The notes beneath the pieces were generated by a model. The model searched no databases. It worked only from the letters and a program-made list of their open reading frames with translations, and was not told the DNA's origin. This document shows positions 19,001 to 26,974 of a stretch of DNA of 64,000 nucleotides, piece after piece. The position numbers were made by a program, and so were the translations under genes. Position 1 is the first letter of the stretch. Every line of letters starts with the position of its first letter. The DNA comes from an uncultured Planctomycetales bacterium (GTDB taxonomy: Bacteria > Omnitrophota > Gorgyraeia > Gygaellales > Profunditerraquicolaceae), in assembly GCA_964487475.1 (NCBI GenBank), contig CAZAPM010000001.1:12374-76373 (forward strand). The letters are read 5' to 3'.

Positions 19001-21085
19001 CGGTTGTCGGCGGGGGATGCGGTGTACGTGGTGGCGGATTACGAGTATGAGACCAAGGACAAGTACGATCAGACCACGCACGGAGGAAGTCTCCAGCAGG
19101 CGCTGGGGGACCATCTGCAGGTGGGAGCGACCTATGTCAAGGAAGCGCAGCTGAACCGCAACTACGTATTGAAGGGAAGCGACGCCACCGTGCACCTGGG
19201 GGAGAGGAGCCGTATCACGGCGGAGTATGCGGAATCGGAATCGGAGGCGGCAGGGAATTTCGTTTCCACCGACGGAGGGTTGAGCTTCAGCGAGCTGGCG
19301 GTCGCCGACCGGGATAACGGCAGGGCCTACGGGATCAAAGGGTACGCCCAGGTGCTCGATACGCTGGGAGTGAGCGGGTATTATAAGCTGATCGAAAAGG
19401 GCTTTTCCTCGTCCGCGGTCCTGGCGCAGCAGGGCAAAGAACTTGCCGGTGCGGAAGCGGCCTGGGATATCGATCCCCGTACCCGCCTGCTCCTGCGCCA
19501 TGACGTGCAGAAGCTCAAGCCCGAAGCTAATCTTCAGGCGAAGGCGCAGGTGGGGGCCCAGGAGACTTCGACCAGTTCCGTGCAGGTCACCAGACAGGTG
19601 GATGCGCGGCTGAAGGTAAGCGCCGAAGCCCAGCATCAGGAGGTGGCGCAGCGCGATGCCTCGTATGAGTCCGAGACGAACAGGGAGGGCAGCGCCGCGG
19701 CGGTGCGGGCGGATTATAAGGTCACGGAGACCCTGGATGTGTTCCTCAAACAGCAGGAGCAGCTCAAGGGAAAAGCCGACCACCGAACCACGGTGGGAGC
19801 GCAAAAACAGGTCTCCCCGAATACCCGGGTGCGCGCGGCGCAGACGGTAGGTAACCGGGGTACCGCGTCAAGCGTCGGCACTACCTCCCGGATCAGGGAG
19901 GCGCTGGAAGTGTCCGCCGATTACGAGCACCAGCAGTACCGGGCAGGGGATATCCGGGATACGGCGTCGGTGGGCACCCGGCTCCAGGCCGATCCCCGCA
20001 CCGAAGTGCGCACCTCCTATGCGCTGGAGAGCTCCGCGCTGGAGGGGGACCTGCAATCCCTGACCGTGGGGTCGCGGCGCAAGGTCAACGACCGCATCGC
20101 GGTCAAGAGCGACCGCACCTTCTCCACCGGCCGCCACCGGACCGTCACTTCCTCGCTGTACGGGCTGGAGCGGGAACAGGACGGCCTCTTCCAGGAGGCG
20201 TCCTTCGAGACCCAGGAATCCTTCGGGAATACGGGAGAGTACCGCAGCAACATCGCTTCGGTCTCGGGGTCCCTCAGCGAGAAAGTCTCCGCCGGGGTGA
20301 GTTTTGAGAAGGGAAAGATCCAGAATCTTGACGGGAGCCAGCAGCAGCGGTATGCCGCTTCTACCGGCGTGACGTATCTGGAAAAGGACCCCCGGACCCA
20401 GGAGACGGATTTTAAGACGGCGCTGAAGGCGGAGGTGCGTCTGGACCGCGGGGATACCGATACCCGCCAGTATCTCGCGGGAGCGCATGTGGAAAAGAGG
20501 GTGACCAGGGACCATACCGTGTTCCTCAAATCCGAATACTCGACTTCCCGTAACACCACGGGGGATTATTCCCTGGCCCAGTATAAGGAGTTCGTGGCGG
20601 GGTTCAGTTACCGCCCGGTGGATTTCGACAGGTTCAATTTCCTGGGGAAATATACCTATCTAATCAACGACGGACACCTGGGCCAGGAGGATTACCGGGA
20701 CGTGCTCAAGGAAAGGGCGCAGGTCTGGGCCGGGGAAGCGGTGTATGACCTCACTCCGCAATGGCAGATCACGGAAAAGCTGGCGATCCGGCAGGCGCAG
20801 GAGATGGTCCGGGGGTTCGATTTCACCAAATCCACCACCTGGCTTATGGTGCACCGTTTGAGTTATACCGTGGCCAAGGTCTGGCGGTTCGGGATCGAGT
20901 ACCGCCGGCTTTCCCAGGACCAGGCGGACGATTGCCGGCAGGGGATCCTGGCCGAGATCGCCCGCAAGATCGACAAATGCATCGAGATGGGGATTGGGTA
21001 CAACTTCACCGATTTCAACGATGACCTCGCCCACCTGGATTATACCAGCCAGGGACCCTTTGTGCGCGTGACCGGAGGCTTCTAA
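13019..21085 (+). CDS. giant secreted multidomain surface protein (2688 aa): jelly-roll N-domain, 3x ~145-aa Ig-like repeats, purple-acid-phosphatase-like metallophosphoesterase, DUF11, SdrD-B-like domain, C-terminal predicted beta-barrel
   Basis: The signal peptide is MPLRYPSLRSLIVLLSLCACCLGIPVFVSA. Metallophosphatase motifs GDSQG, GDQV, GNHE and GHNHFYER are present. A DUF11-like segment reads HVGDIVTYTVEVEN and an SdrD-B-like segment reads FYDTDGNGMQDKGEP. The C-terminal ~900 aa has an amphipathic Y/R/D/T-rich pattern and ends in an aromatic residue (TGGF). Confidence 0.7.
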   Translation: MPLRYPSLRSLIVLLSLCACCLGIPVFVSAANDIFVAANSTWKYDDTGTDRGTAWFNASYDDSAWPSGAGQFGYGDGGESTLLGYGPDANNKYPTYYFRKSFNVANAALYSDLIFSLLRDDGAVVYLNGEEIYRDNMPGGAVGYSTLASSAVAGAAESTYYVFPSIPTNLVSGTNVLAVEVHQNVVTSSDLSFDFKLEGTLGEVNVSAYTTGTPSLPPASITPGNGRALATFRLTGAGPLTGIIVSEYGTVDADTDLTSVKLYSDDGDGNWEPASDTVQLGSTTSFSSQAASFSGFTLIAGSTTYVHVVADVQNSVADGETVGLRIVQASDVTTAFPVSASSWPVSAGTSPVLLDAISLQSYSGGTPAMPPATLPANATRQCLSTFYFSGGGNLLGMNFTDYGTSNVTADLSNVTLYLDDGDGNWESLQDTTVLGAATSFNAAEKAFFSGFNVTLPEDAYVHVVADVAQDILKNQTVNIGINAAGDVIASDDIASASWPLQAGASRLMGIYPYLQNVTTSTINVLWITDDALNTTLEYGLTSSYGTTVTDASGVTLHSVNLTGLQTDTKYYYRVRSGDMVSRAASFKTAPASTSGFTFLAYGDSQGTGTGSGYNTLHESVVNATLPYANNTIVLRMGDQVFAESIDEWEPKFFLPGRNLYSNNTAYPARGNHEEGAALLQQYFAPPAVGGSGSERYYSFNYGNTHFVCLDTNQAHNSGSAQYTWLVSDLDSAAATSATWIVVWFHHPGLSSYREDAVVKSDLLPLFESKGVDIVFNGHNHFYERHNKDGVYHVTCAGGGNTLYATDDSATTAYRENYRSTLHFLKVETGASQMQVTAYDTSGAAFDSFVVPRSTTVSAYGSGTPAAPPASVAAGSAANCLGTFLFGSGGTVSAVTLTEYGTANAAADLLNVKLFLDDGDGNWEPAQDTTQLGATTVFDGSSQASFSGFSLAAGPTSYVHAVADVSASISSGVTIGVELLQASHVTSTATVQAAAWPVQLGTTSPSAGTIDTPAAASVVGPSPTITGTAAAGSAVTLQDGGGTPLGSTTADDNGNFRLAVTAPLGAGARTLRLFVNGVEKASVNVVVDLSPDADEQPVITSPADGDTVRGKRPVISGMATPGALVTLTALDVNGNLTTMGTATADASTGAFAITPSSDVPAGANQLTVTCNGVTSTVIDVIFTDPFGVVFDSLSNAPIAGARVTIYYDSDPGAGRTWIQAVPGVHIAGGDLNPQTTNAAGQYSFLTIDGDFYISITAPGYTYPSVRTSFPAGRVIVNGSKGEIFTVAGVVIEMDHPMDPGSALLKVRKDANKKEAHVGDIVTYTVEVENPTASAAAGVYLEDRIPPGFKYIGGKSLLDGAQAPDPQGTSILTFSVGTVPALSKRTLKYQLVVGAGVSFGKYENHAHAKYLDGTTVSNVADETVKVVPDALFDMGTVIGKAFYDTDGNGMQDKGEPVAPYARIAMEDGTLITADAEGKFHAAGILPGRHVFKIDPASLPPGTAAQEGAPVIVDITPGIMAKVNFPLQGTPAGDLWRIDRGIPKPRLSVGIYQDAVVYRKGAPAEQHVFRVFTNYPAFIERWQLDIRDTHTGALVRRLEGPGDDLQRPLPWNGLDSSGRMLRSDREYTYQLAVFGASGERDVTGAKALRVMEQEGPQTADARVDLDSFMVEAKKRKEYFSRVASASSLSEQRIPLPGEALTVRVPHAADAQVYVGGFSGRELTLEASEGVAETILPKGVYQVSSGDAQPQVISVGDDPFFFVAMGDGKVGYNFNRGHVEPIERNDAYQKGFWKEGRVAYYLKGKVKGKYLITSSLDTARQQKELFKSLDPNKYYPVYGDASSTSYAAADTQGPLYLLVEWDKSSAVWGNYHTRIDRTEFARFDRTLYGGKVDYESTATTKFQEPVTRAVGFRATAKQRAGHNEFLGTGGSLYYLKHRGVIEGSDKVRIEVRDSVTGLAVSSRQAVSGSDYRIDYAQGRIVFEKPVQMLAASNALISSRLSAGDAVYVVADYEYETKDKYDQTTHGGSLQQALGDHLQVGATYVKEAQLNRNYVLKGSDATVHLGERSRITAEYAESESEAAGNFVSTDGGLSFSELAVADRDNGRAYGIKGYAQVLDTLGVSGYYKLIEKGFSSSAVLAQQGKELAGAEAAWDIDPRTRLLLRHDVQKLKPEANLQAKAQVGAQETSTSSVQVTRQVDARLKVSAEAQHQEVAQRDASYESETNREGSAAAVRADYKVTETLDVFLKQQEQLKGKADHRTTVGAQKQVSPNTRVRAAQTVGNRGTASSVGTTSRIREALEVSADYEHQQYRAGDIRDTASVGTRLQADPRTEVRTSYALESSALEGDLQSLTVGSRRKVNDRIAVKSDRTFSTGRHRTVTSSLYGLEREQDGLFQEASFETQESFGNTGEYRSNIASVSGSLSEKVSAGVSFEKGKIQNLDGSQQQRYAASTGVTYLEKDPRTQETDFKTALKAEVRLDRGDTDTRQYLAGAHVEKRVTRDHTVFLKSEYSTSRNTTGDYSLAQYKEFVAGFSYRPVDFDRFNFLGKYTYLINDGHLGQEDYRDVLKERAQVWAGEAVYDLTPQWQITEKLAIRQAQEMVRGFDFTKSTTWLMVHRLSYTVAKVWRFGIEYRRLSQDQADDCRQGILAEIARKIDKCIEMGIGYNFTDFNDDLAHLDYTSQGPFVRVTGGF
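13636..14070 (+). repeat. intragenic repeat unit 1 (~145 aa Ig-like module) of giant protein
   Basis: SAYTTGTPSLPP...LYSDDGDGNWEPASDT...YVHVVADV...SWPVSAGTS. Approximate boundaries. Confidence 0.5.
14098..14535 (+). repeat. intragenic repeat unit 2
   Basis: GGTPAMPPATLP...LYLDDGDGNWESLQDT...YVHVVADV...SWPLQAGAS. Diverged copy of unit 1. Confidence 0.5.
15587..16030 (+). repeat. intragenic repeat unit 3
   Basis: SAYGSGTPAAPP...LFLDDGDGNWEPAQDT...YVHAVADV...AWPVQLGTTS. Third diverged copy, located after the phosphatase domain. Confidence 0.5.
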
Positions 21086-21088
21086 CCG

Positions 21089-23200
21089 ATGGAGCCTTTG
21101 CTTTCCCGGCAGGTACAGTTCCTCAAAGGCATCGGCCCGAAACGGGCGCAGAGCCTGGCTGCCTGCGGAGTGCATACCGTAGAGGACCTGCTGTACTATT
21201 TCCCCCGCCGTTACGAAGACCGGGCGAATTGCGCCACTATCTCGAAACTGCAGGAGGGCCAGACGCAGACGGTCAAGGCGAAAGTGCTGGCCAGGGGATT
21301 GCGCCGGTCATTCCGCCGCCGCGCCTTTACCATCCTGGAAGTGGCGGTCGGCGACGATACGGGAAAGCTTTACTGCGTGTGGTTCAATCAGCCGTACCTG
21401 AAGGATTATTTCCTGCCCGGCACGACCGTGATGCTCTTCGGCCGGGTGGAAAGGTATTCCGGCCGCGTACAGATGAACGCGCCGGAGTTCGAGGTCATCG
21501 GCGCTCCGGACGAGGAGGAGGACGAGCCGGACGAATCCCTGCACGTCGGCAGGATCGTGCCGATCTATTCCCTGCCCGAGCATATCTCGCAGCGGGTGAT
21601 GCGCTCGCTGATCATGCGGGTACTGAATGAGCAGGGAAGCCGTATCGAGGAGTACCTTCCCCGAGAGGTGGTGGAACGAAGGGCGCTGGGGGGGCTGCAG
21701 GAGGCGCTGCGCAGCATCCATTTCCCGCAGGATGCGCGCGCGCAGGCCAGCGCCGTGCAGCGGCTTTCCTTTGACGAGTTCTTTTTCTTTCAGCTGCCGC
21801 TGGCGCTGCGTAAGCTTACCCTGCACCGTACCCCTGGTATCTCGCACAAGGTAGAGGGCGGGCTGTATAAGAGTTTCCTGGCGGGCCTGCCATTCGAGCT
21901 GACTTCGGGGCAGCGGGCAGTGCTCGACGAGATATCCCGCGATATGGCGCAGCCGCATCCCATGCAGAGGCTGCTCCAGGGGGATGTGGGCTCCGGCAAG
22001 ACCGTAGTGGCGGCCGCCGCCTGCTGTATCGCCGTGCAGGGAGGGTATCAGGCGGTGTTCATGGCGCCGACCGAGATCCTGGCGCGGCAGCATTTCAATA
22101 AGCTGCAGGAGCAGTTGCAGGGGGCCGCGTTCCGCGGCAAGCCGGTGGCGCTGCGGATGTATGCCGGGAGTTCCTCCGCAGCCGAGCGGCGCCAGGCGCT
22201 TGCGGAGATGAAGAGCGGCAAGGCGGATATCGTCATCGGCACGCACGCCCTTCTGGAGGAGGGGGTGGCGTTCAAGGACCTGGGGTTGGTGGTGATCGAC
22301 GAGCAGCATAAATTCGGCGTGGGGCAGCGGGCGCTCCTTCCGCAAAAGGGGGTCAATCCGGATGTGCTGATCATGACCGCGACCCCTATTCCCCGCACCC
22401 TGGCTATCACCCTGTACGGGGACCTGGAGATCTCCGTGATCAGGCATCTTCCTCCGGGAAGGCTGCCGGTGCAGACCAGGCACTGCACCAGCCGGCAGAT
22501 GTCCGCCGTCTACTCCGGGGCGAAGAAGCATCTGGCGCAGAGGCATCAGGTGTACGTGGTCTATCCCGTGATCGAGGAGTCTTTCGCCCTGGATATCGCC
22601 GGAGCCAAGAAGATGTTCGAGCAGCTCAAGGCCGGGCCGTTCAAGGAATACCGTATCGGGCTGATACACGGCCGCATGAAGCAGGAGGAGCAGGATGCGG
22701 CAATGGCGGAGTTCAAGGAGGGAGCGCTCGATGTCCTGGTCACTACCACGGTGCTGGAAGTGGGGATTGACGTGGCCAACGCAACCTGTATAATCATTGC
22801 GCATGCCGAGCGTTTCGGCCTCTCCCAGTTGCACCAGCTGCGGGGAAGGGTGGGCCGGGGCAGCGCGCCTTCGGAATGTTACCTGGTGTCCGATCCGGTC
22901 ACCCCGCAGGCCAAGGCCCGACTCGAGGCGATGGTGCGTTTTACGGACGGTTTCCTGATCGCGGAGGAGGACCTTAAGATCCGGGGTCCGGGTGAGTTCT
23001 TCGGCCGGCGGCAGCACGGGTTGAGCGAACTGAAGATCGCCAACCCCTTAAGCCAGCTGCATCTGCTGAAGGATGCGCGGGAAGAGGCGCTGCGGCTGCT
23101 TCAGGAGGATCCGCATTTGAGCGATGCCGGGAATGCCCGCATAAAGGAGAAATTGCTGGCAAGGTTCCCGGAGTACGAATCACTGGTGGTCGTGGGGTGA
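21089..23200 (+). CDS. recG: ATP-dependent DNA helicase RecG
   Basis: N-terminal wedge region LKGIGPKRA. Helicase motifs GDVGSGKT, DEQH(KFG), TATPIPRT and QLRGRVGRG. Confidence 0.9.
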   Translation: MEPLLSRQVQFLKGIGPKRAQSLAACGVHTVEDLLYYFPRRYEDRANCATISKLQEGQTQTVKAKVLARGLRRSFRRRAFTILEVAVGDDTGKLYCVWFNQPYLKDYFLPGTTVMLFGRVERYSGRVQMNAPEFEVIGAPDEEEDEPDESLHVGRIVPIYSLPEHISQRVMRSLIMRVLNEQGSRIEEYLPREVVERRALGGLQEALRSIHFPQDARAQASAVQRLSFDEFFFFQLPLALRKLTLHRTPGISHKVEGGLYKSFLAGLPFELTSGQRAVLDEISRDMAQPHPMQRLLQGDVGSGKTVVAAAACCIAVQGGYQAVFMAPTEILARQHFNKLQEQLQGAAFRGKPVALRMYAGSSSAAERRQALAEMKSGKADIVIGTHALLEEGVAFKDLGLVVIDEQHKFGVGQRALLPQKGVNPDVLIMTATPIPRTLAITLYGDLEISVIRHLPPGRLPVQTRHCTSRQMSAVYSGAKKHLAQRHQVYVVYPVIEESFALDIAGAKKMFEQLKAGPFKEYRIGLIHGRMKQEEQDAAMAEFKEGALDVLVTTTVLEVGIDVANATCIIIAHAERFGLSQLHQLRGRVGRGSAPSECYLVSDPVTPQAKARLEAMVRFTDGFLIAEEDLKIRGPGEFFGRRQHGLSELKIANPLSQLHLLKDAREEALRLLQEDPHLSDAGNARIKEKLLARFPEYESLVVVG

Positions 23201-23203
23201 GCG

Positions 23204-23788
23204 ATGCGCATTATTTCCGGTATATATAAAGGTAAAAAGTTCGATATGCCCAGCGGGATCAGGCCTACCCAGGATAAGGTCCGCAAGGCGTTTTTCGACA
23301 CGGTCCAGGATTGGGAGGGGGTATCCCTTCTGGAGCTTTACGCCGGTTCAGGGGCCATGGGGCTGGAGGCGGCATCCCGGGGCGCCAAAGAGGTGGTGAT
23401 GGTGGAGGCTGCCCGGGCTTCCCAGGAGGCGATCCGGGGCAATTTGGAGGCGCTTAAGGCATCCCGGTGCACGCTTTTGCCCTGGGAAGCGGAGCGGGCG
23501 GTCACCGCGTTTGCCAAGGAGGGAAGGACCTTCGATGTGGTGTTTTTCGACCCTCCGTACTATCAGGATCTGGCAAAAAAAACCTTGCAATTGCTGGGGG
23601 CTTATGTTATAGTACCGCACCATGGTTTGGTAGTTGCACAGCACCACAAGAAAGAGCCTCTCCCAGAAGCCCTGGGAGAGTTAACTTTATTTAGGCAATC
23701 TCGTTACGGGGATACGTTCCTTTCGTATTATCGCAGGCAGGGGGAGCAGGGAAATGTGCCAAAAAGCGATCTATCCGGGGACTTTTGA
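23204..23788 (+). CDS. rsmD: 16S rRNA (guanine966-N2)-methyltransferase RsmD
   Basis: GxRPTxDxVRxAxFn N-terminus, LELYAGSGAMGLEAASRGA SAM-binding motif, and the DPPY catalytic motif. Confidence 0.75.
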   Translation: MRIISGIYKGKKFDMPSGIRPTQDKVRKAFFDTVQDWEGVSLLELYAGSGAMGLEAASRGAKEVVMVEAARASQEAIRGNLEALKASRCTLLPWEAERAVTAFAKEGRTFDVVFFDPPYYQDLAKKTLQLLGAYVIVPHHGLVVAQHHKKEPLPEALGELTLFRQSRYGDTFLSYYRRQGEQGNVPKSDLSGDF

Positions 23789-24242
23789 TCCGGTTACGCT
23801 CGGCCACGTGGATATCATCCGCCGCGCCCGGGATATTTTCGGGGAAGTGACGGTTGCCGTGGCGCACAATCCGCATAAAAAGCCCCTTTTTTCGGTTCAG
23901 GAGCGGGTGGCGATGATCCGGGAAGCGACTGCGGATATCTCCGGGGTGGAGATCACTGATTTCGACGGCCTGGTGGTTGATTATGCCCGCAGGACCAAAG
24001 CCAAAGTGCTGATCCGCGGGTTGCGCATGCTTTCCGATTTCGAGTATGAGTTCCAGATGGCGCTGACCAACCGCAAGTTCTGCGGTGAGATCGAGACCAT
24101 CTTCCTGATGCCGCACGAATCCTACAGCTACATCTCGTCGAAGCTCTTGAAGGAAGCGGCGGCGTTGGGCGCGGACGTTTCGAGTTTCGTGCCGGCCAAC
24201 GTGGCGGATGCGCTGGCGCGCACGCTTAGGCTCAAGAAATAG
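23754..24242 (+). CDS. coaD: phosphopantetheine adenylyltransferase
   Basis: AIYPGTFDPVTLGHVDII (T/HxGH nucleotidyltransferase motif). Typical ~160-aa length. Confidence 0.9.
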   Translation: MCQKAIYPGTFDPVTLGHVDIIRRARDIFGEVTVAVAHNPHKKPLFSVQERVAMIREATADISGVEITDFDGLVVDYARRTKAKVLIRGLRMLSDFEYEFQMALTNRKFCGEIETIFLMPHESYSYISSKLLKEAAALGADVSSFVPANVADALARTLRLKK

Positions 24243-24247
24243 CACGC

Positions 24248-24658
24248 ATGAAGATCAGGATCGCCGCCATACCCCGCGAGGGGGCCCTGGCGCTTCGGGA
24301 AACGGTGGATGCGAAGTCCCTGGATGTGTTTACCGGCGCGTGCGGTTTGACCGGTCCGGTGCATATATACGGGGAAGCGGTGCTCATCACCAACGCGCTG
24401 ACCGTGGCGTTGCGCGTGGAGGGAACGCTCGCGTTCACCTGCGGGCGCTGCATAAAGGATTCCGAGATCGGTTTTTCGCAGGAGATGAGGCTCTCCTACA
24501 GCATAGAAGAGCATATGGTGGAAGTGGACCTCTCGGACGATATCCGCGAGGAGATCCTTCTGGCGTATCCCATGAACCCATTGTGCGATGATGCCTGCAA
24601 GGGCCTCTGTCCCAAATGCGGCAAGGATCTGAATAAGGAAAAGTGTAGTTGTAAGTAA
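24248..24658 (+). CDS. yceD: YceD/DUF177 family protein (large-subunit rRNA accumulation protein)
   Basis: C-terminal CxxCGxxLN...C motif. Conserved position immediately upstream of rpmF-plsX. Confidence 0.8.
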   Translation: MKIRIAAIPREGALALRETVDAKSLDVFTGACGLTGPVHIYGEAVLITNALTVALRVEGTLAFTCGRCIKDSEIGFSQEMRLSYSIEEHMVEVDLSDDIREEILLAYPMNPLCDDACKGLCPKCGKDLNKEKCSCK

Positions 24659-24767
24659 TAACGAATCACACCTGGTCTATATTTAGAAGGCTGGTGCTGC
24701 AGTAGCAGCACCCTTGCATATCCGATAAAGCAAGGGGTGTTTCACTTTCTGTGAAAGGAGAGTAGCC

Positions 24768-24971
24768 ATGCCATTACCAAAGAGACGACATTCGACGACC
24801 CGCGGCCGCAAGCGCCGTACCCATTGGACGCTGAAAGGCCCCGCGATCGAGCCGTGCCCTCAGTGCAAACAGCCCAAGATCCCCCATAACGTCTGCAAGA
24901 TCTGCGGATTTTACGGCGGGAAACAGGTGATCGAGATCAAAACCAAGGAAAAAAAGAAGAAATCCTCCTAA
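24768..24971 (+). CDS. rpmF: 50S ribosomal protein L32
   Basis: MPLPKRRHSTTRGRKRRTHW... with a CxxC...CxxC zinc ribbon. Confidence 0.9.
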   Translation: MPLPKRRHSTTRGRKRRTHWTLKGPAIEPCPQCKQPKIPHNVCKICGFYGGKQVIEIKTKEKKKKSS

Positions 24972-24986
24972 AGGCGAGCCCAACTC

Positions 24987-25988
24987 ATGAAGATCATTGT
25001 TGATGCCATGGGGGGCGATCATGCTCCCGAAGTGGTGATCGCAGGCGCGATCGATGCGGTCAATGAGTATAAGGTCCCGGTTACGCTGGTCGGCGATCAG
25101 GATACGGTAAAGGCGTTGCTGTCCAAGCACCAGTACCGGGGTGATCTGATAGACGTGGTGCATGCCTCGGAGGTGGTGGGGATGTCGGAACCCGCCTCCA
25201 CCAGCGTGCGCCGCAAGCGGAACTCCTCGATCGTGGTGGGTATGACCCTGGTCAAGGAGGGGAAAGGCGACGCCTTTTTCAGCGCCGGAAACACCGGCGC
25301 GGTGGTGGCGGCAGGCGTCCTCGGCCTGGGGCTGCTTCCGGGGATCGAGCGTCCCGGGATCGCGATCATGTGCCCCAATCTCAAGGGCGCTTCCCTGGTG
25401 ATCGATGTCGGGGCCAATATCGACCCCAAGCCTTCGCATTTCCTGCAGTACGGGATCATGGCCGATACGTATTGCCGGCAGATCCTCAACCGTTCCAATC
25501 CGACCGTCGGGATACTCAACATCGGCGAAGAGGAGGGCAAGGGCACCGGATTGATCAAGGAAGCCCGGGAGCTCCTGGAGAAGAGCGGTCTCAATTTCAT
25601 CGGCAACGTCGAAGCGAAAGAATTCTTCTCCGGGAAAAGCGACGTCATCATCTGCGACGGGTTCGTAGGTAACGTCGCGTTGAAGGTCTCGGAAAGCGCC
25701 ATCGAAGCCATGATGGTGTTCCTGAAGCGACATCTCTTAAGCAACCTCTGGGGCAAGATCGGCATCCTTTTCCTCAAGCCCAGCCTGAAAAAATTCAAAA
25801 AAGACCTCGACTACTCCGAGTTCGGAGGAGCTCCTCTCCTGGGGGTCAACGGCGTGGTGATCATCGGCCACGGCCGTTCCAACGCCTATGCCATCAAGAA
25901 CGCGATCCGGGTGGCCAAGGAGGAAGTCGAGCGTAAATGCAACGACAAGATCATCGAAGCAGTGTCCCGTATCCAGCCGGCGACCTGA
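24987..25988 (+). CDS. plsX: phosphate acyltransferase PlsX
   Basis: MKIIVDAMGGDHAP... typical PlsX N-terminus and length. Confidence 0.9.
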   Translation: MKIIVDAMGGDHAPEVVIAGAIDAVNEYKVPVTLVGDQDTVKALLSKHQYRGDLIDVVHASEVVGMSEPASTSVRRKRNSSIVVGMTLVKEGKGDAFFSAGNTGAVVAAGVLGLGLLPGIERPGIAIMCPNLKGASLVIDVGANIDPKPSHFLQYGIMADTYCRQILNRSNPTVGILNIGEEEGKGTGLIKEARELLEKSGLNFIGNVEAKEFFSGKSDVIICDGFVGNVALKVSESAIEAMMVFLKRHLLSNLWGKIGILFLKPSLKKFKKDLDYSEFGGAPLLGVNGVVIIGHGRSNAYAIKNAIRVAKEEVERKCNDKIIEAVSRIQPAT

Positions 25989-25996
25989 GATAACCC

Positions 25997-26974
25997 ATGA
26001 AAAAAGTCGGCATTATCGGAGTAGGGGAGTATCTCCCCAAAAAGGTCCTTACCAACGCGGATCTGGAAAAGATGGTCGAGACCTCGGACGAGTGGATCAC
26101 CACCCGTACCGGGATCAAGGAACGCCGGGTCGCGGCCAAGAACGAGGCGACTTCCGACCTCGCCGCGAAAGCGGCGCTGGACGCGCTGGCGCACGCCAAG
26201 GTCGATCCCAAGGACCTGGGGCTTTTGATCGTCGCTACCATCACTCCGGATATGCAGTTCCCTTCCACCGCCTGCCTGGTGCAGGATGCCATCGGCGCCA
26301 AGAAAGCCATTTGCTTCGACATCTCCGCCGCCTGTGCGGGATTCGTGTACGGGCTGACCATCGCGCAGCAGTTCATCGCCCGCGGCGACATGGGGTATGC
26401 GCTGGTGATCGGGGCGGAGAAACTCACCGCGATCACCGATTGGACCGACCGCAGCACCTGCGTGCTTTTCGGGGACGGTGCGGGAGCCGCGGTGCTGGGA
26501 GAGACCAAGTCCGGAGGGATACTTTCCAGTTATTTGGGAAGCGACGGAGGGATGCGCGAGCTGCTGATGGTGCCCGGTGGCGGTTCCCGTAATCCTGCCA
26601 GCGCCAAGACGGTCGAAGAGCGCCTGCATTTCATCAAGATGAGGGGCAACGAGCTTTTTAAGATCGCGGTCAACGCCATGGCGGATGCGGCCAAGCAGGC
26701 ACTGGCCCAGGCAGGCCTGACCTGCGAAGATGTCGACGTGGTGATCCCGCATCAGGCCAATGAGCGGATCATCTCCGCAGTGGCCAAGAAACTCGGGCTT
26801 CCTGACGAGAAGGTGTATCTCAATATCGCCAAGTACGGGAACATGTCTTCCGCGTCCGCCGCGACTGCGTTATGCGAAGCGGTCAAAGAGGGCCGCATCA
26901 AGAAGGGTGATGTGGTCCTGGTGGATACTTTCGGGGCGGGGCTGGTCTGGGGAGCGTGCGTGATAAAATGGTAG
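25997..26974 (+). CDS. fabH: 3-oxoacyl-ACP synthase III
   Basis: Active-site region AACAGF, the ...HQAN motif, and a GNMSSAS C-terminal block. Confidence 0.9.
   Translation: MKKVGIIGVGEYLPKKVLTNADLEKMVETSDEWITTRTGIKERRVAAKNEATSDLAAKAALDALAHAKVDPKDLGLLIVATITPDMQFPSTACLVQDAIGAKKAICFDISAACAGFVYGLTIAQQFIARGDMGYALVIGAEKLTAITDWTDRSTCVLFGDGAGAAVLGETKSGGILSSYLGSDGGMRELLMVPGGGSRNPASAKTVEERLHFIKMRGNELFKIAVNAMADAAKQALAQAGLTCEDVDVVIPHQANERIISAVAKKLGLPDEKVYLNIAKYGNMSSASAATALCEAVKEGRIKKGDVVLVDTFGAGLVWGACVIKW

Noticed and set aside
13265-19804. Very long minus-strand ORFs (663, 386 and 995 aa) inside the giant gene.
   Set aside because: They are antisense to a + strand ORF with clear signal peptide, phosphatase and DUF11 motifs. 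Their composition is dominated by R/G/P/H and they have no recognisable domains or RBS.
21308-23017. 569-aa minus ORF opposite recG.
   Set aside because: recG motifs on the + strand are unambiguous. The antisense ORF is compositionally artefactual.
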